Both the position numbers and the translations under genes were made by a program. A stretch of DNA of 64,000 bases from Octopus sinensis (taxonomy: Eukaryota), in assembly GCF_006345805.1 (NCBI RefSeq), contig NW_021833749.1, forward strand, positions 8,473 through 72,472, read 5' to 3'. The notes under the pieces are model-generated. The model worked only from the letters and a program-made list of their open reading frames with translations, did no database searches and had not been told where the DNA came from. Position 1 is the first letter of the stretch; the number at the start of each line of letters is the position of its first letter. This document shows positions 1-12,917 of this stretch, piece after piece.

Positions 1-747
1 TGTCTTTTGCCGAACCGCTAAGTGACGGGGACGTGAACACACCAGCATTGATTATCAAGCGACGGTGGGGAGACCAACACAGACACACAACACACACACA
101 CACAACACACACACACACACACACCACACACACACATACACACTCTCTCTCTCTCTCTCTCTACTCAATACTGTTTTCTCCCCATCCCTTTCTCTAATTC
201 CTCTTTTCTCCCCTTTACCGTTTTCTATGTCTCTCTCTTCCCTCTTTCTATATTTCTCTCTCTCGTTGTTCACACGTGAGCATGATCCATCTTTCTTTTT
301 CTCACGTGATCATCTTTCTTTTTCTTCAGGATGTCCTAAGGACTGGTCGTATTCTAATTCTGTCTTCTATCTTTTCTCTTTTCAAAGAAAATATTTCTCC
401 CAGGGTTCACTATTTTACCCTCGTTCTGGTCTAACGACTCTCCATGTTTGTTTTTGTTCGGTTTCCTTGTATGTCTCCACTGTTCTATTTTTGTTGCCAA
501 CATTAACCCTCCATAAATCCCAAATTTTATTTTGGTACTTATGGGAGCAACTGTCTTCGAAGACTCATATTGCCGTTCAGTGCTCGAAATGAGGAGTGGA
601 TAGGCAGCCAACAACTGATGAATGGTTGTTCTTTTTGTTACTTGTCCTGTTTTCCATTTGTTTCTCTCGTTGTTTGCATATTTCGTGTTGTTTACTGTTA
701 GTGACGTCTTGACATATATGTATATGTATATATATATTATATATATA

Positions 748-825
<78 letters not shown>

Positions 826-901
826 ATATATATATATATATGCATATATATTACACATATATTATTTATGCATCGTCGCATAACAGCAACGATACACAGT
901 A

Positions 902-1149
902 TCGTTGCTATTATGCAAAAGTGTCGAAAGTCCAAAACGTTGCTTTTTCAGAAAACGAGAAAATAGTCCCACCATTCCATAGCAAAAATGTTGTGCTACA
1001 CTTTGACAAGTTTTAATATTTTGGCATCTGAAGCAGCTGAAGATACAATAGATTAACCAAAAGAACCAGCTATTGCAAGCAAAAATGAATATGAAAAAAA
1101 CGCATCTGGCCAAAATTGGACATACGACAATTTAACATAATAGCAACGA
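902..1149. mobile_element. Short TIR element (MITE or deletion derivative) with TA target duplication
   Basis: TCGTTGCTATTATG (902-915) is the exact reverse complement of CATAATAGCAACGA (1136-1149). TA lies directly outside both ends (900-901, 1150-1151). Confidence 0.6.
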
Positions 1150-1172
1150 TATGTATATATATATATATATAT

Positions 1173-1251
<79 letters not shown>

Positions 1252-2439
1252 GTGTCTCTGTTTTTGTGTTTATACATCCTCACTACTTCATAACCGGTGT
1301 TGGTTTATCTAATACCCAATAACTTAGCAGTATCGGTATAAGAAACCGACAGATTATGTGTCAACCTTGTAAATAAGTATTAAGTTTGATCAATTTGACT
1401 AAAATCCATGAAGGTGCTTCCCTGGAATGGCTGTAATAGAACGATTGCAAAAAAGTAAAATATGAAAGATATATGTTTTTTTAGATAGTCACAGGATCTC
1501 CAATATGGTGGGAAGAACATGGTCGATTAAATCTATCCCAGTATTTAACGGGTACACTATTTTCTCGACCTCGGAATGTTGAAATCGAAAGTTGACCATG
1601 GCAAGATTTGAACGTAGAACTTTAAAAGCCCTAGATAAATAATAGCACAAGATATTTGGTTTGTCTCACTCAGTAACGAGTGCGCCACTCCACACTCCAT
1701 TGCCTTCTGTTTTGGGCAATTAAAAAAATTCTCGCGTAATTACTTGGATTACTAGTAAATATTATAGTTTATTATTAAACCAGATGGGAAATGAGAAACG
1801 TTGCTTAAAATTAAGTAATGTTCCTTCATTCTTAATTGTATCACCGATGTCTGTCAAAAGAACAGTCTCAGTGTTACATGGCTATCATCGAGTAATCTCA
1901 ACTTCCGCACACATGCCCATATATGTACATACTTGCATACATATACATAAACATATGCATGTACTCGCACACACAAACACACAAATACATACACATATAA
2001 ATATGAAAATGCATGATAAACACAAGTTGCAGTTTACGTCACTTGTTCCTACATACGTTTCGCCATTGTGATTAGCTTCATCCTCTACGGTGTGTGTTCC
2101 AAGCGCAGTTGGATGCTAAAGCACAAAATCAACCATTCGACATCAACACACAGTTTTCTGAAAAATGTATATTTATGAAAGAAAATTTTATATCAGCAAA
2201 ATAGCGGTCCTGGAATTGATCTTGATACACTTTGGCGTGAGACATGAAACGGAGATATTTCCAACCATTCTGAATAAGTTTGCACTGATTAATTCATTAA
2301 TAGCTATATATATATATATAGAGATAGCTATTAAAGTCGACTTCGGCGGAATTTGAACTCAGAACCTAGCAACAGACGAAATACCGCTAAGCATTTCGTC
2401 CGGGCGATTCTGCCAGCTCGTTGCCTTATATAAGTGCTT

Positions 2440-2645
2440 TTCTACTTAAGGCACAATGCCCGAAATGTTTGGGAAGGGAGCCAGTCTATTAGATTGACTC
2501 CAGTACGAAACTGGTACATAATTTATCAACCTCAAAAGGATGAAAGGTAAAGTCGACCTCGGTGGAATTTGAACTCAGAACGTACAGACGAAATGCCGAT
2601 AAGCATTTCGGCCGGCGTGCTAACGTTTCTGCAAGCTCACAGCCA
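2440..2645 (-). mobile_element. SINE family B (tRNA head plus Meta/MESC-like core); extra partial head at about 2330-2420
   Basis: Same sequence as the TSD-flanked copy at 14488-14719. B-box GAGTTCAAATTCC and core GCCTTTCATCCTTTCGGGGTCGATAAA(T)TAAGTACCAG. Confidence 0.8.
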
Positions 2646-3073
2646 CCTGCCTCATATATATAACATCAACAATGATAAGGAGAATGGAGATTTTTAACAG
2701 CCATGAATTTATTTAACAGTTATTTACAGCATATTCTCCGACGGCACACTGTTGGATATGCAATTTGTACCATAGTCGGTGCAGTTTCCTCAGGGTCCTT
2801 CACTCTAGACCGTTTAGAAGGAATAATGAAACAGAGTGAACGGAGTCTGTTTGTTTGTGTTGAGTGGGAGGTAGGAGTGTTACTATCAATAGTCGTAGAA
2901 ATATTGACTCAGTATGCAATCCTGTATAAGACACACGGAATTACACGAGAGAAGTTACCAGGGCCTAACAGTTCATTGTAAGCTCGAGTACTGTGGTTAG
3001 CGGGCATTTAAAACCGATTTGAGAGAAAAGGCGGTATCCGTTAGGATAATATGTTCCTTTAAACTCATTTTTT

Positions 3074-3178
<105 letters not shown>

Positions 3179-3536
3179 GGAACCGTCACTAATGCGGGTG
3201 AGAAGCTGAAAAATGGGAAGACAGCAGTTGGACACTCGTACAATCCAGTGACTGACTTCAAAAGAAAATTCGCTTGAATATCTAAAAATAGATTGGGAAG
3301 TAAAGTTGACACACCGAATTGGTTTGCTATAGAAACCAGAAATCTTGTAGCCAAGAATGGAAAGCTATATAATTGGCAAGGAAATTATTAGTACTGTATC
3401 ACTTGATTAAAGATTGTACGCTAGCTTTACTCAAGCTTAACATAAACGATTCCCCGAAGGCCATTAAACTCTACTACAATATGAGAGCTGTGGAACAAAT
3501 ATGATTTTATGAAATTATCAGAAGAGCCAATGTGGG

Positions 3537-3740
3537 AGGCGGGCAGGCAGAAACGTTAGCGCGCCGGACAAACTGCTGAGTGACACTTCTTGTTCTTTCT
3601 GTTCTGAGTTCAAAATTCTGCCAAGGTAGACTTTGACTCTCATCCGTTCGGGATCGATAAAATAAGTACCAGTTAAGCATTGAGGGTCGATGTAATCGAT
3701 CTACAGTCCCGTATTTCAGGCATTGTGCCTTTGATAGGAA
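3537..3740 (+). mobile_element. SINE family B
   Basis: GGCAGAAACGTTAGCGCGCCGG head, GAGTTCAAAATTC B-box, GGGATCGATAAAATAAGTACCAG core. Confidence 0.8.
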
Positions 3741-4454
3741 GAATTATAAAGGAAACTTGTCTTCATACACTTTGTAGTTTAATCGAGCTCCATTAGATCG
3801 ATGTAATGTATATTTGAAAATACTTATTTTCAGGGCAGCAATAAACTGGGCAACATACTTATTGCTCAGGGCAACATATACGGGTAACAGCGGTGGGGGT
3901 TTCCTGAGAGTTGACTTTCCGAGGGAATGGAAACTCATCATAATGATTAATGTAGGGTTCAAGCATTGAGATGGGAGTTTTGAGTAAGGTTGGGTGGAGA
4001 TGTACAGGGCCTAATCTAATTTAGAAGATTAGTCCCTGCTGAAGTCACGATCATTGGAAGGGGCAGCACATCCGTGGGTCAGAGCTACAATGTGGTAATG
4101 AGTAAAACCTTTAACAATTGGTCATAGAACCATCTTTTGTACGTGACTAGGGATTTGTGTATGTGGGTGGGGTATGTCTACCCACAATGCCGTTTTCTAT
4201 GTGGCAACAGTATTGCATTGTACGTCATACCTGAGCTCAGTTGATGGTGAGTTGTTGTTCTGATTGGCTAAAATACTCGCTTCTGATTGGCTAAAATATC
4301 CAAATTTTGCAAACTTTAAATGTTAATAGCTTTTTGATAAGGAATTTATGGGAAAAATAATTTTCATTTTCATAATTAGTATACAAAGTTTAATCCATAT
4401 ACAAATTTGAAAACAGATGGAACAGAATTGTAGACAGTAACGATAACCACAAAG

Positions 4455-4745
4455 ATCCGACTGCGGCCATGCTGGAGCACCACCTTGAAGAATTTTTAGT
4501 CGAATGAATCGACCCCAGGAAATGTTTTCATAAACATGATGCTTATGCTATCGTTCTCCTTTGTCGAGGTTATGGGGACGTAAACACACCAACACCAGTT
4601 GTCAATCGGTGGCAGAGGACAAACACAGACATACAAACGCATACACACACACACACGCACACACACACACAGGTACATATATATGTATATTCCCATATAG
4701 CTATATATGTACCATGAGCACTGACGAAAGGGCTGTTTACAATTT
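4455..4745 (-). mobile_element. SINE family A, 3' half with internal microsatellite
   Basis: Reverse complement of the family A tail GGTGCTCCAGCATGGCCGCAGTC and of the GGTGTGTTTACGTCCCC segment seen at 31849-32258. Confidence 0.75.
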
Positions 4746-4879
4746 CTTGTTAGTAAGTACCAGCGTCGGCCTCTCCAGCCATCCTCTCTTTCCCTTTCTT
4801 TCCTCCCTTTCCTCAATGTATCCCTGTCTATCTATCTGTGTAACCATCTATCTATCTATCTCTCTATCTATCTATCTAA

Positions 4880-5020
4880 TGAGAATTTACAAAAAAAACA
4901 ACTAAAGACGAAGACGGGTGTATAAACAGCAAACAGATGTATTAGTTTAACACTCAGGAAGTGAGAATGTCTTTTACGTTTCGAGCCTACGCTCTTAGAC
5001 AGAAAGGAACACAGAAATAA
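4880..5020 (-). mobile_element. PLE-type terminal-repeat fragment with hammerhead-like fold
   Basis: Homologous to 36855-37000 (-) and 53460-53640 (+). Flanked by (CTAT)n tracts. Confidence 0.6.
4971..5006 (-). ncRNA. Degenerate minimal type-I hammerhead fold (CUGUCUA core)
   Basis: Minus strand: cttt CTGTCTA A gagc gtag gctc GAA ACGT A aaag. Stems I and II pair, but the core differs from CUGANGA at positions 6 and 8. Confidence 0.45.
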
Positions 5021-5104
<84 letters not shown>

Positions 5105-5249
5105 GTCTGGCTGTCTGTCTGTCTGTCTGTCTGACTGTCCATCTATCTATCTGTCTGTCTGTCTGTCTGTCTGTCTGTCAGTCCGTCTGTCTGTCTGCCT
5201 ATCTATCTATCTCGTGAATATTGTCGCGCCTCCTTCCTTGAAATGAGAA

Positions 5250-5800
5250 GGAAGAGCCATTTTCATTATACTTGTGGCTATGGCGAAAGAATGTGTATGG
5301 TGGACGCTTCTGAAAGGTCTAGAGACAAACACTTTTCTCTCTGGTGAATCTCTCATCAATTTCTTCAAGTATTACTTGAAGAGGAAGGTGAGAGTAAAAA
5401 GGGAAGTTTTTTCGAGTGAATGCTTCAAAAAAACATAGGTGAATGTAGCAAGGGTGGCACGTGTGAACGACGGAGTCACCTTGAGCATAACCCTATGAAC
5501 CAAAAAAAGAAAGGAAAAAAGAGAGTCACCTGCTGTAATGTGTTTTTTTTTTTTTTGCATGACATTATTGCCCGAGGTTATCGTGGTCCTTTCCGTAGGC
5601 TTTTCTTTCCACGGATAAACCTAATCTGTTTTCCCTTTATGCATTATGACATTTCTGTGATACACAATACCTACTGGCGGGCTTTTTTTTTTCCACGATC
5701 CCTTTTGATCGAATTTCTACCCACCCCTTTTTTCTTCTCTTCTCTTCCCAAATAGAAAAGCTCTACTTTGTATTTTGTCCCCTCTGTGTTAAGCCCAGTG
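5250..5800 (+). mobile_element. Tx1/L1-type LINE 3' remnant (ORF2 C-terminus plus 3' UTR)
   Basis: Translates AIFIILVAMAKECVWWTLLKGLETNTFLSGESLINFFKYYLKRKVRVKRE, homologous to remnants at 18.4-19.0, 39.2-39.5 and 60.8-61.1 kb. Confidence 0.7.
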
Positions 5801-5817
5801 TGGCCAATATTGAAACA

Positions 5818-5887
<70 letters not shown>

Positions 5888-6049
5888 CTATCTATCTATC
5901 TACAAACATACATGTGTGAATATATGTACGCACGCACGCACGCACCCACGCTTACATGCACATGACTGTCTGTCTGCCAGCCCATCTATCGATTGTACTA
6001 ACTCCCTCCACATCCTGCTTCTCACATCTCTGTAAGTCGCAAACGCAAA

Positions 6050-6652
6050 AGAAAGGCAAGAAGGAAAAAAGGAAGAACGGGTGGAAAGAAGGAAGGAAGG
6101 AAGAAAGGAAGAAGAAGAAAAGAAAGAAGAGGAAGAAGAAGTAGTAGTAGAAAAGAAGAAGTTGTAGTAGTAGTAGTAGTAGTAGTAGAAGAAGAAGTTG
6201 TTGTTGTAGTAGTAGTAGTAGTAGTAGTATAGTAGTAGTAGTAGAAGAAAAGAGAAGAAGAACAAGAGGAAGAAAAAGAAGAAGAAGAAGAAGAGGAAGA
6301 AGAAGAGGAAGAAGAAGAGGAAGAAGAAGAGGAAGAGGAAGAAGAAGAGGAAGAGGAAGAAGAAGAGGAAGAAGAAGAGAAAGAGGAAGAAGAAGAGGAA
6401 GAAGAAGAGGAAGAAGAAGTAGTAGTAGAAAAAGAAGAAGTTGTAGTAGTAGTAGTAATAGTAGTAGTAGTAGTAGTAGTAGTAGTAGAAGAAAAAGAAG
6501 AAGAAGAGGAAGAAAAAGAAGAAGAAGAAGAGGAAAAGAAGAGGAAGAAGAGAGGAAGAGAAGAGGAAGAAGAAGTAAGTAGTAGAAAAAGAGAAGTTGT
6601 AGTAGTAGTAGTAATAGTAGTAGTAGTAGTAGTAGAGTAGAGAGAAAAAGAA

Positions 6653-6684
<32 letters not shown>

Positions 6685-6785
6685 GGAAGAAGAAGAGGAA
6701 GAAGAAGAGGAAGAAGAAGAGAAAGAGGAAGAAGAAGAGGAAGAAGTAGTAGTAGAAAAAGAAGAAGTTGTAGTAGTAGTAGTAA

Positions 6786-6821
<36 letters not shown>

Positions 6822-6923
6822 AAGAAAAAGAAGAAGAAGAGGAAGAAAAAGAAGAAGAAGAAGAGGAAGAAGAAGAGGAAGAAGAAGTAGTAGTAGAAAA
6901 AGAAGTTGTAGTAGTAGTAGTAA

Positions 6924-6965
<42 letters not shown>

Positions 6966-7110
6966 AAGAAAAAGAAGAAGAAGAAGAGGAAGAAAAAGAA
7001 GAAGAAGAAGAGGAAGAAAAAGAAGAAGAAGAAGAGGAAGAAGAAGAGGAAGAAAAAGAAGAAGAAGAGGAAGAAGTAGAAGCAGAAAAAGAAGAAGAAG
7101 AAGAAAGGAG
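6050..7110. repeat. Compound (GAA/GAG)n-(GTA)n microsatellite with higher-order blocks
   Basis: About 1 kb with almost no C on the + strand. The block GTAGTAGTAGAAAAAGAAGAAGTT(GTA)n recurs about 5 times. Confidence 0.95.
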
Positions 7111-7882
7111 CAAGTAAAGCCCTTTCTTGGTCCCATTGTCATTGCCCAGCCTCACAATTTACATGGCGACTAACCTTAATTCACTCCATGCCGTCTCCTC
7201 ACACTGCTCCTCCCACTAATCTATCTGCACTCTTTCACCTTTACCCGGCTCCATCTTTTTAGCCCAACCCCACGCCTGCACCCTCACACACACACACACG
7301 CGTGCGCATATATGCGCATGCTCATACGCGAACATGCTTGAATACGCCCCACACATACACATATACATTCATACACCTACGTACACCAACATACTTATAC
7401 ACGAACATACACACATACGCAACAAAAGCACGCGCGCACACACACACACATACATGCACGTACACGCACTCACACACGCGCACTCACACACACACACACA
7501 AGCATACACCCGCGAATACATATGCACTTAAACACGCATATATACTTCAACCTGCATATTTTCACATAGACACACATACACACGCAAGCGCGTGCACACA
7601 CACCCACCCACACGCACGCACATACATTCACACATGTATACATACACATACACGCACAAATACACCACCAAGCAAGCACGCATTAGCATACACACATACA
7701 TTTACACACATAGACAAAAACATGCATTCACACACACACGAAGACACACTGACAAACACACATACACCCTTTAACACTCCTAAACACACACCACCAAACA
7801 TACGTACACACACGCGCACTCACGTACATATTGACTCATATACATAAGCACACAGACTAACATTCTACACATAGAGATATGT

Positions 7883-8265
7883 GGAGGTGCAATGGCCCAG
7901 TGGTTAGCGCAGCGGACTCGTGGTCGTAGGATCGCGGTTTCGATTCCTAGACCGGGCGTTGTGAGTGTTTATTGAGTGAAAACACCTAAAAGTTCCACGA
8001 GGCTCTGGCAGGGGGTGGTGGCGAACCCTGCTGTACTCTTTCGCCTCAACTTTCTCTCACTGTTTCTTCCTGTTTCTGTTGTACCTGTATTTCAAAGGGC
8101 CAGCCTTGTCACACTCTCTGTCATGCTGAATCTCCCTGAGAACTACGTTAAGAGTACACATGTCTGTGGAGTGCTCAGCCACTTGCATGTTAATTTCACG
8201 AGCAGGCCGTTCCGTTGATCGGATCAGCTGGGACCCTCGTCGTCGTAACCGACGGAGTGCCACGC
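7883..8265 (+). mobile_element. SINE family C (tRNA head, GGGCCAGCCTTGTCAC...GTCGTAACCGACGGAGTGCC tail)
   Basis: A-box TGGCCCAGTGG, B-box GGTTTCGATTCC, approximate flanking duplication ACATAGA(G/A)A(T/C)AT. Confidence 0.85.
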
Positions 8266-8280
8266 GACATAGAAACATAC

Positions 8281-8355
<75 letters not shown>

Positions 8356-8519
8356 GCTGGACAACTTTCGTTACCTATGAATTCCTACCGCCCCCCACCA
8401 CCACCAACGTTTGTCTTTTTTAAACAGACGCAAAAACATACTATACTCCTCTCCAAACATGACCATCACTGTGAACTTCTTGTTTAATTATATCTTGTAT
8501 TTTTATTTTCAATAGTATT

Positions 8520-8875
8520 ATTATTTATAAATGCTTACCGGTATTTTGTCCGTCTATACATTCTGTGTTCAAATTCCGCCGAGGTAGACTTTGCCTTTCA
8601 TCCTTTCGGGGTTGATTAAATAAGTACCAGTTGCGTTCTGGAGTCGATCTAATCGACTGACCCCCTCCCCCAAATTTCGGGCCTTGTGACAAGGGTAGAA
8701 AAGAATCGTTAGCACGTCGGACGAAATGCTTAGCGGCATTTCGTCTGTCTTTACATTCTGAGTTCAAATTCCGCCGAGATCGACTTTGCTTTTCAGCCTT
8801 TCGGGATCGACAAAATAAGAACCAGTGAACAAAGGATCAATGTAATCGTCTTACCTCCTACCCCCAAATTTTAAA
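8520..8875 (+). mobile_element. Two tandem SINE family B copies
   Basis: The GTTCAAATTCCGCCGAG...CCTTTCGGG core appears twice (about 8567 and 8762). Confidence 0.8.
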
Positions 8876-8971
8876 AACGAAATACAAATAACAGACCTTC
8901 TTTGAATTTCGTTTGTTTAGACTCGAACTTGCTGGAATCCAGCCGTGGTCGATATCTTCTTTTATCTATCG

Positions 8972-9131
8972 CACATTATTTACATTATTTACATTTGACG
9001 GATATTTGTCCTCATTTTGTTTGTTAACACAACGTTTCGGCTGATATACCCTCCAGCCTTCATCAGGTGTTTTGGGGAAATTCCGAACCTGGGTTCTCAT
9101 TCCTAAGGTATTTTATATGATGTTATTATTA

Positions 9132-9186
<55 letters not shown>

Positions 9187-9255
9187 GTAGGTCACTGCCT
9201 GGAGTCGAACTCGGAATGTTGGGGTGAGTAACCCGCGCTCTTGACCACTACGCCA
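8972..9255 (-). mobile_element. tRNA-headed SINE-like element with internal (AAT)n and hammerhead-containing tail
   Basis: Minus strand: A-box TGGCGTAGTGG (9245-9255), B-box GTTCGACTCC (9201-9210), (AAT)n at about 9120-9185, then hammerhead at 9026-9071. Confidence 0.75.
9026..9071 (-). ncRNA. Minimal type-I hammerhead ribozyme
   Basis: aacac CTGATGA A ggctg gagggtatat cagcc GAA ACGT T gtgtt. Intact core, 5-bp stem I, 5-bp stem II, palindromic ACGT stem III, GUU cleavage triplet. Confidence 0.8.
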
Positions 9256-9297
9256 AAGAAACAAGATGAGGACAATATCGGTCAAATGTAAACGCCC

Positions 9298-9698
9298 TAA
9301 GAGAAATGTTAGACATAAGAAACATCGGATGTGGCGTGCAAGAGAGACGTTTGCGTTGGTATGGTCATGTATTGCGGATGGACGGGGAGAGCTGTGCGAA
9401 GAAGTACCATTCCTAAACAGTGGAAAGAATCCGGAGTAGAGGGAGAGCATCATCCGAGCGTGGTCGATGTCGGCTTCTCTGGCCCTTGTGCCGGTGGCAC
9501 GTAAAAAGCACCCACTACACCCTCTGAGTGGCTGGCGTTAGGAAGGGCATGCAGCTGTAGAAACACTACCAGATCAGATTGGGGCCTGGTGCAGCCTCCT
9601 GGCTTCCCACACCCCAGTCGAACCGTCCAACCCATGCCAACATGGAAAACGGACGTTAAACAATGATGATGATGATGATGATGATTGTGATGATGATG
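9298..9698 (+). mobile_element. RTE-clade LINE 3' end with (GAT)n tail
   Basis: LREMLDIRNIGCGVQERRLRWYGHVLRMD matches the RTE ORF C-terminal RLRWYGHV motif. The 3' UTR is shared with 38665-39120. Confidence 0.8.
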
Positions 9699-9884
9699 AC
9701 AAAATTCCTCAACTCTTAAATATAGAACTGTATTGTCTGTTATCGCTTTGGCAGTAGAAAAACTAAAGGGTGAAGGTTCGGAAAAACTGTCTTTTGAAGA
9801 AGTCCCATGTCTCACAGGAAAAGAAAAGGGTACGGCAGTGTGAGGGTGGGGGATGGGGCAAAAATGTAGAAAGATTGAAATGTT

Positions 9885-10080
9885 TTTCTTTTATCTTTTG
9901 CTTGTTTCTGTCATTAGACTGAGGTCATGCTGAAGAATTTCGTCTTGAAGGATTGCTGTTTAATGAATCGACCCCAGCACTATTGTTTTTTTTTAAGCAG
10001 CGGAGATGTAAACACACCAACATCGGTTGTCAAACGGTGCTTGGAGACAAGCATACACACACATACACAATTATATATTC

Positions 10081-10114
<34 letters not shown>

Positions 10115-10348
10115 TATTGTTTCACTTGCTTCAGTTATTTGACAGCGGCCATGCTGGAGCACCGCCTTTAGTCGAACAAATCGACCCCAAAACGTATTCT
10201 TTGTAAGTGTAGTACTTATTCTATCGGTCTCTTTTGCCGAACTGCGAAGTTACGGGGACGTAACGCATCGGTTGTCAAGCGATAGTGGGGGACAAACACA
10301 GACACACAAATAAATAAATACATACATACATACATACACTCTCACACA

Positions 10349-10388
<40 letters not shown>

Positions 10389-10977
10389 ATATATATATAT
10401 ACATACAGACGGATAGGTACATAGGTTATATGAACAGACAAGCACACATACGCAAACGGAGACTGAAACACATGACCATATATACACACACACGTACGCA
10501 CACATACATAAAAAAAACACACAAACACGGACACGCAAGCACATGAATATGCAGAATACATACATACAAATGAACACACATACGTACATATATACATATG
10601 CATATGCATACACACATATATACATACACACATACATACATACATACACACATGCATACATACATACATACATACATACATACATACATACATACATACA
10701 TACATACATACATACATACTGACCCACACACATGCGCACAAACAAACAAAAAAGAAACGCAGTGTAAATAATGGACAGAGTCAACGACTATTAAAAAGGT
10801 TGCAAGACGCAACGAAAATTTTAGGAAAATAAAAATAAGGAATAAGTGGAAATTTTACCGGTGAGTGTGTTAAATTATAAGGTACAAAAAGAAAATGACT
10901 CTCCCCAGACACATAACAGAATATCCTTCAACACACGAACTCACATAAAGAATCTTGCGAACCAAATCCAAATACGA

Positions 10978-11022
<45 letters not shown>

Positions 11023-11190
11023 CATATATATACAATGGGCTTCTGCCAGTTTCCGTCTACCAAATCCACTCACAAAGATTTGGTTGGCCCGAGGCTATAG
11101 TAGAATACACTTGCCTAAGGTGTCACGCAGTGGGACTGAACCCAGAGCCGTTAAGTTGGAAAGCAGAATTCTTGCCATACAGCCACGCCT
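9885..11190 (-). mobile_element. SINE family A cluster: 3' halves at about 9885-10075 and 10120-10330, head at about 11030-11190, separated by expanded microsatellite and an insert
   Basis: Reverse-complement matches to the family A head (GGCTGTATGG...GGTTCAGTCCCACTGCG) and tail. Confidence 0.75.
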
Positions 11191-12560
11191 GTTTGGAAAT
11201 GTTTTCTTTCAAAATCGTAAATTAGCGTGTAGGTGGTTGAATATTCAAAAGAAACGTGCACACATGAAGTGCTCTGGGTTCAAATCCCATCGAGGTCAGT
11301 TGTTCCTTTCATCCTTTCATCAGTTTGTAGCGGTTTTTTTCATTACAATTTCTAAAGAGGCAGATAGACAAGAAGATAACATTTCGTGTACGCAAAGACT
11401 GAATTACAAATAAAGAACATGTATATAAGTGATACAAAGTAATTAATTAAACAGAACAAAGGATATGCTTATGACCGTCACATGTGTTTATATCTAATTA
11501 ATAAAGTGTATTCGTCGGTGTGTGATTGCGATCATTTCCTTGAGTGTGAAGCGTGAAATAGAAAGAGAAAGAAAGAGAGCGTGAATCCATGCAAACAACG
11601 AATTAAATGGTTGACTTTCCTATTGCGTTTAGTGATTATCTGAAACGCACCAAACCGTGATGATGTTTTCTTCATTTGTCATTGTAGTTTATTGTGAATT
11701 AACAAACGTAAGCATGAGAATGTAGCGGGTTACGTAGTACTTACGTGTCTAAGGTGTCTATCAGAGAAATTATGTCATTATGTGAAATGAAGCAGGGAGA
11801 CTGATTGGCTTATAGTAATTGCGTCACACTATAATCAGCCAGACGTAGATTTACGGTCGACTGAAATTAGTTGATTGATTATGTCCCAGGTAAACCAGTG
11901 GTGGACTCTGCCATCGGAAAATAGCTTAATCTACAAAGTAGAAATGGATTGTGTTTTTGTGAGGAAAAATAAAAGTCTAACGTTTCGAATTTCAATCTTA
12001 CATCGCTTAATTGTAGATATTTAATTTCTCTCTCTTTCTCTCTCTCTCACTCTCTCTCCCTCGCTTCCTTGCATATCTCTATCTCTCTCCCTTGCCACAC
12101 TCTCTCATCCTTGCATCTCTCTTCATCTGCCTGTTATTTCTGTTTCTTTGTCTCTTTCTTGCACTTCTCGTTCTTCAACTACCTGTTATTATTGCTTCTT
12201 TCTCTCTTTATCTCTTGCCTGCCTCATCTACCTACTCGTTTTGATTTTCTCTCTCTACCTCCTTTCTCACCAATGAACACTTGATAAGTTTGTAACTAAT
12301 TAAAGAGAAGAGCACTGTGGTTGCTGTTTAGTCTTAGGGTATCTCTTATCGTGTAGGTTTGTGAACAAAAGCCCTCCAGCAGGCGCAATACAGTTTGCTC
12401 TCTTTGAGAATAGTATGTCTACGGCTACATTATCCACTTAGCATTCCTCTTTTAAAATGTCCAGTACAAATTAAAGAAAGCTTAGCTACAATTTCCAGGG
12501 CAGAGTATGGCTTTGTAGAAGTCCACCCTTCATTTGCTCGTTGATTACTTATGTCAAAGT

Positions 12561-12917
12561 GGAGACCCAGTGGTTAGGGCAGCGGACTCGCGGTCGTAGG
12601 ATCGCGGTCTCGATTCCCAGACCGGGCGCTGTGAGTGTTTATTGAGCGAAAACACCTAAAGCTCCACGATGCTCCGGCAAGGATAGTGGTGATCCCTGCT
12701 GTACTCTTTCACCACAACTTTCTCTCACTCTTTCTTTCTGTATTTCAAAGGGCCAGCCTTGTCACTCTCTGTGTCACGCTGAATATCCCCGAGAACTACG
12801 TTAAGGGTACACGTGGCTGTGGAGTGCTCAGCAACTTACACGTTAATTTCACGAGCAGGCTGTTCCGTTGATCGGATCAACCAGAACCCTCGTCGTCGTA
12901 ACCGACGGAGTGCTTCC
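12561..12917 (+). mobile_element. SINE family C with 14-bp TSD
   Basis: ACTTATGTCAAAGT at 12547-12560 and 12918-12931. Confidence 0.9.

Noticed and set aside
2730-2870. Candidate exon (TTTACAG acceptor, GTAGGA donor; HILRRHTVGY...VCVEWE)
   Set aside because: Weak polypyrimidine tract and donor, unrecognised peptide, no partner exon.
4260-4298. Tandem inverted CCAAT boxes (CTGATTGGCTAAAATA twice)
   Set aside because: More likely a short duplication in a decayed repeat; no other promoter evidence nearby.
5952-7155. 396-aa poly-Leu and 377-aa poly-Ser/Thr ORFs
   Set aside because: These are translations of a compound trinucleotide microsatellite, open only because the repeat lacks stops in those frames.
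7883-7960. tRNA genes at SINE heads (also 9187-9255, 16096-16170, 31849-31920)
   Set aside because: A and B boxes are present, but there is no complete cloverleaf or acceptor stem, and each continues into a repeat body.
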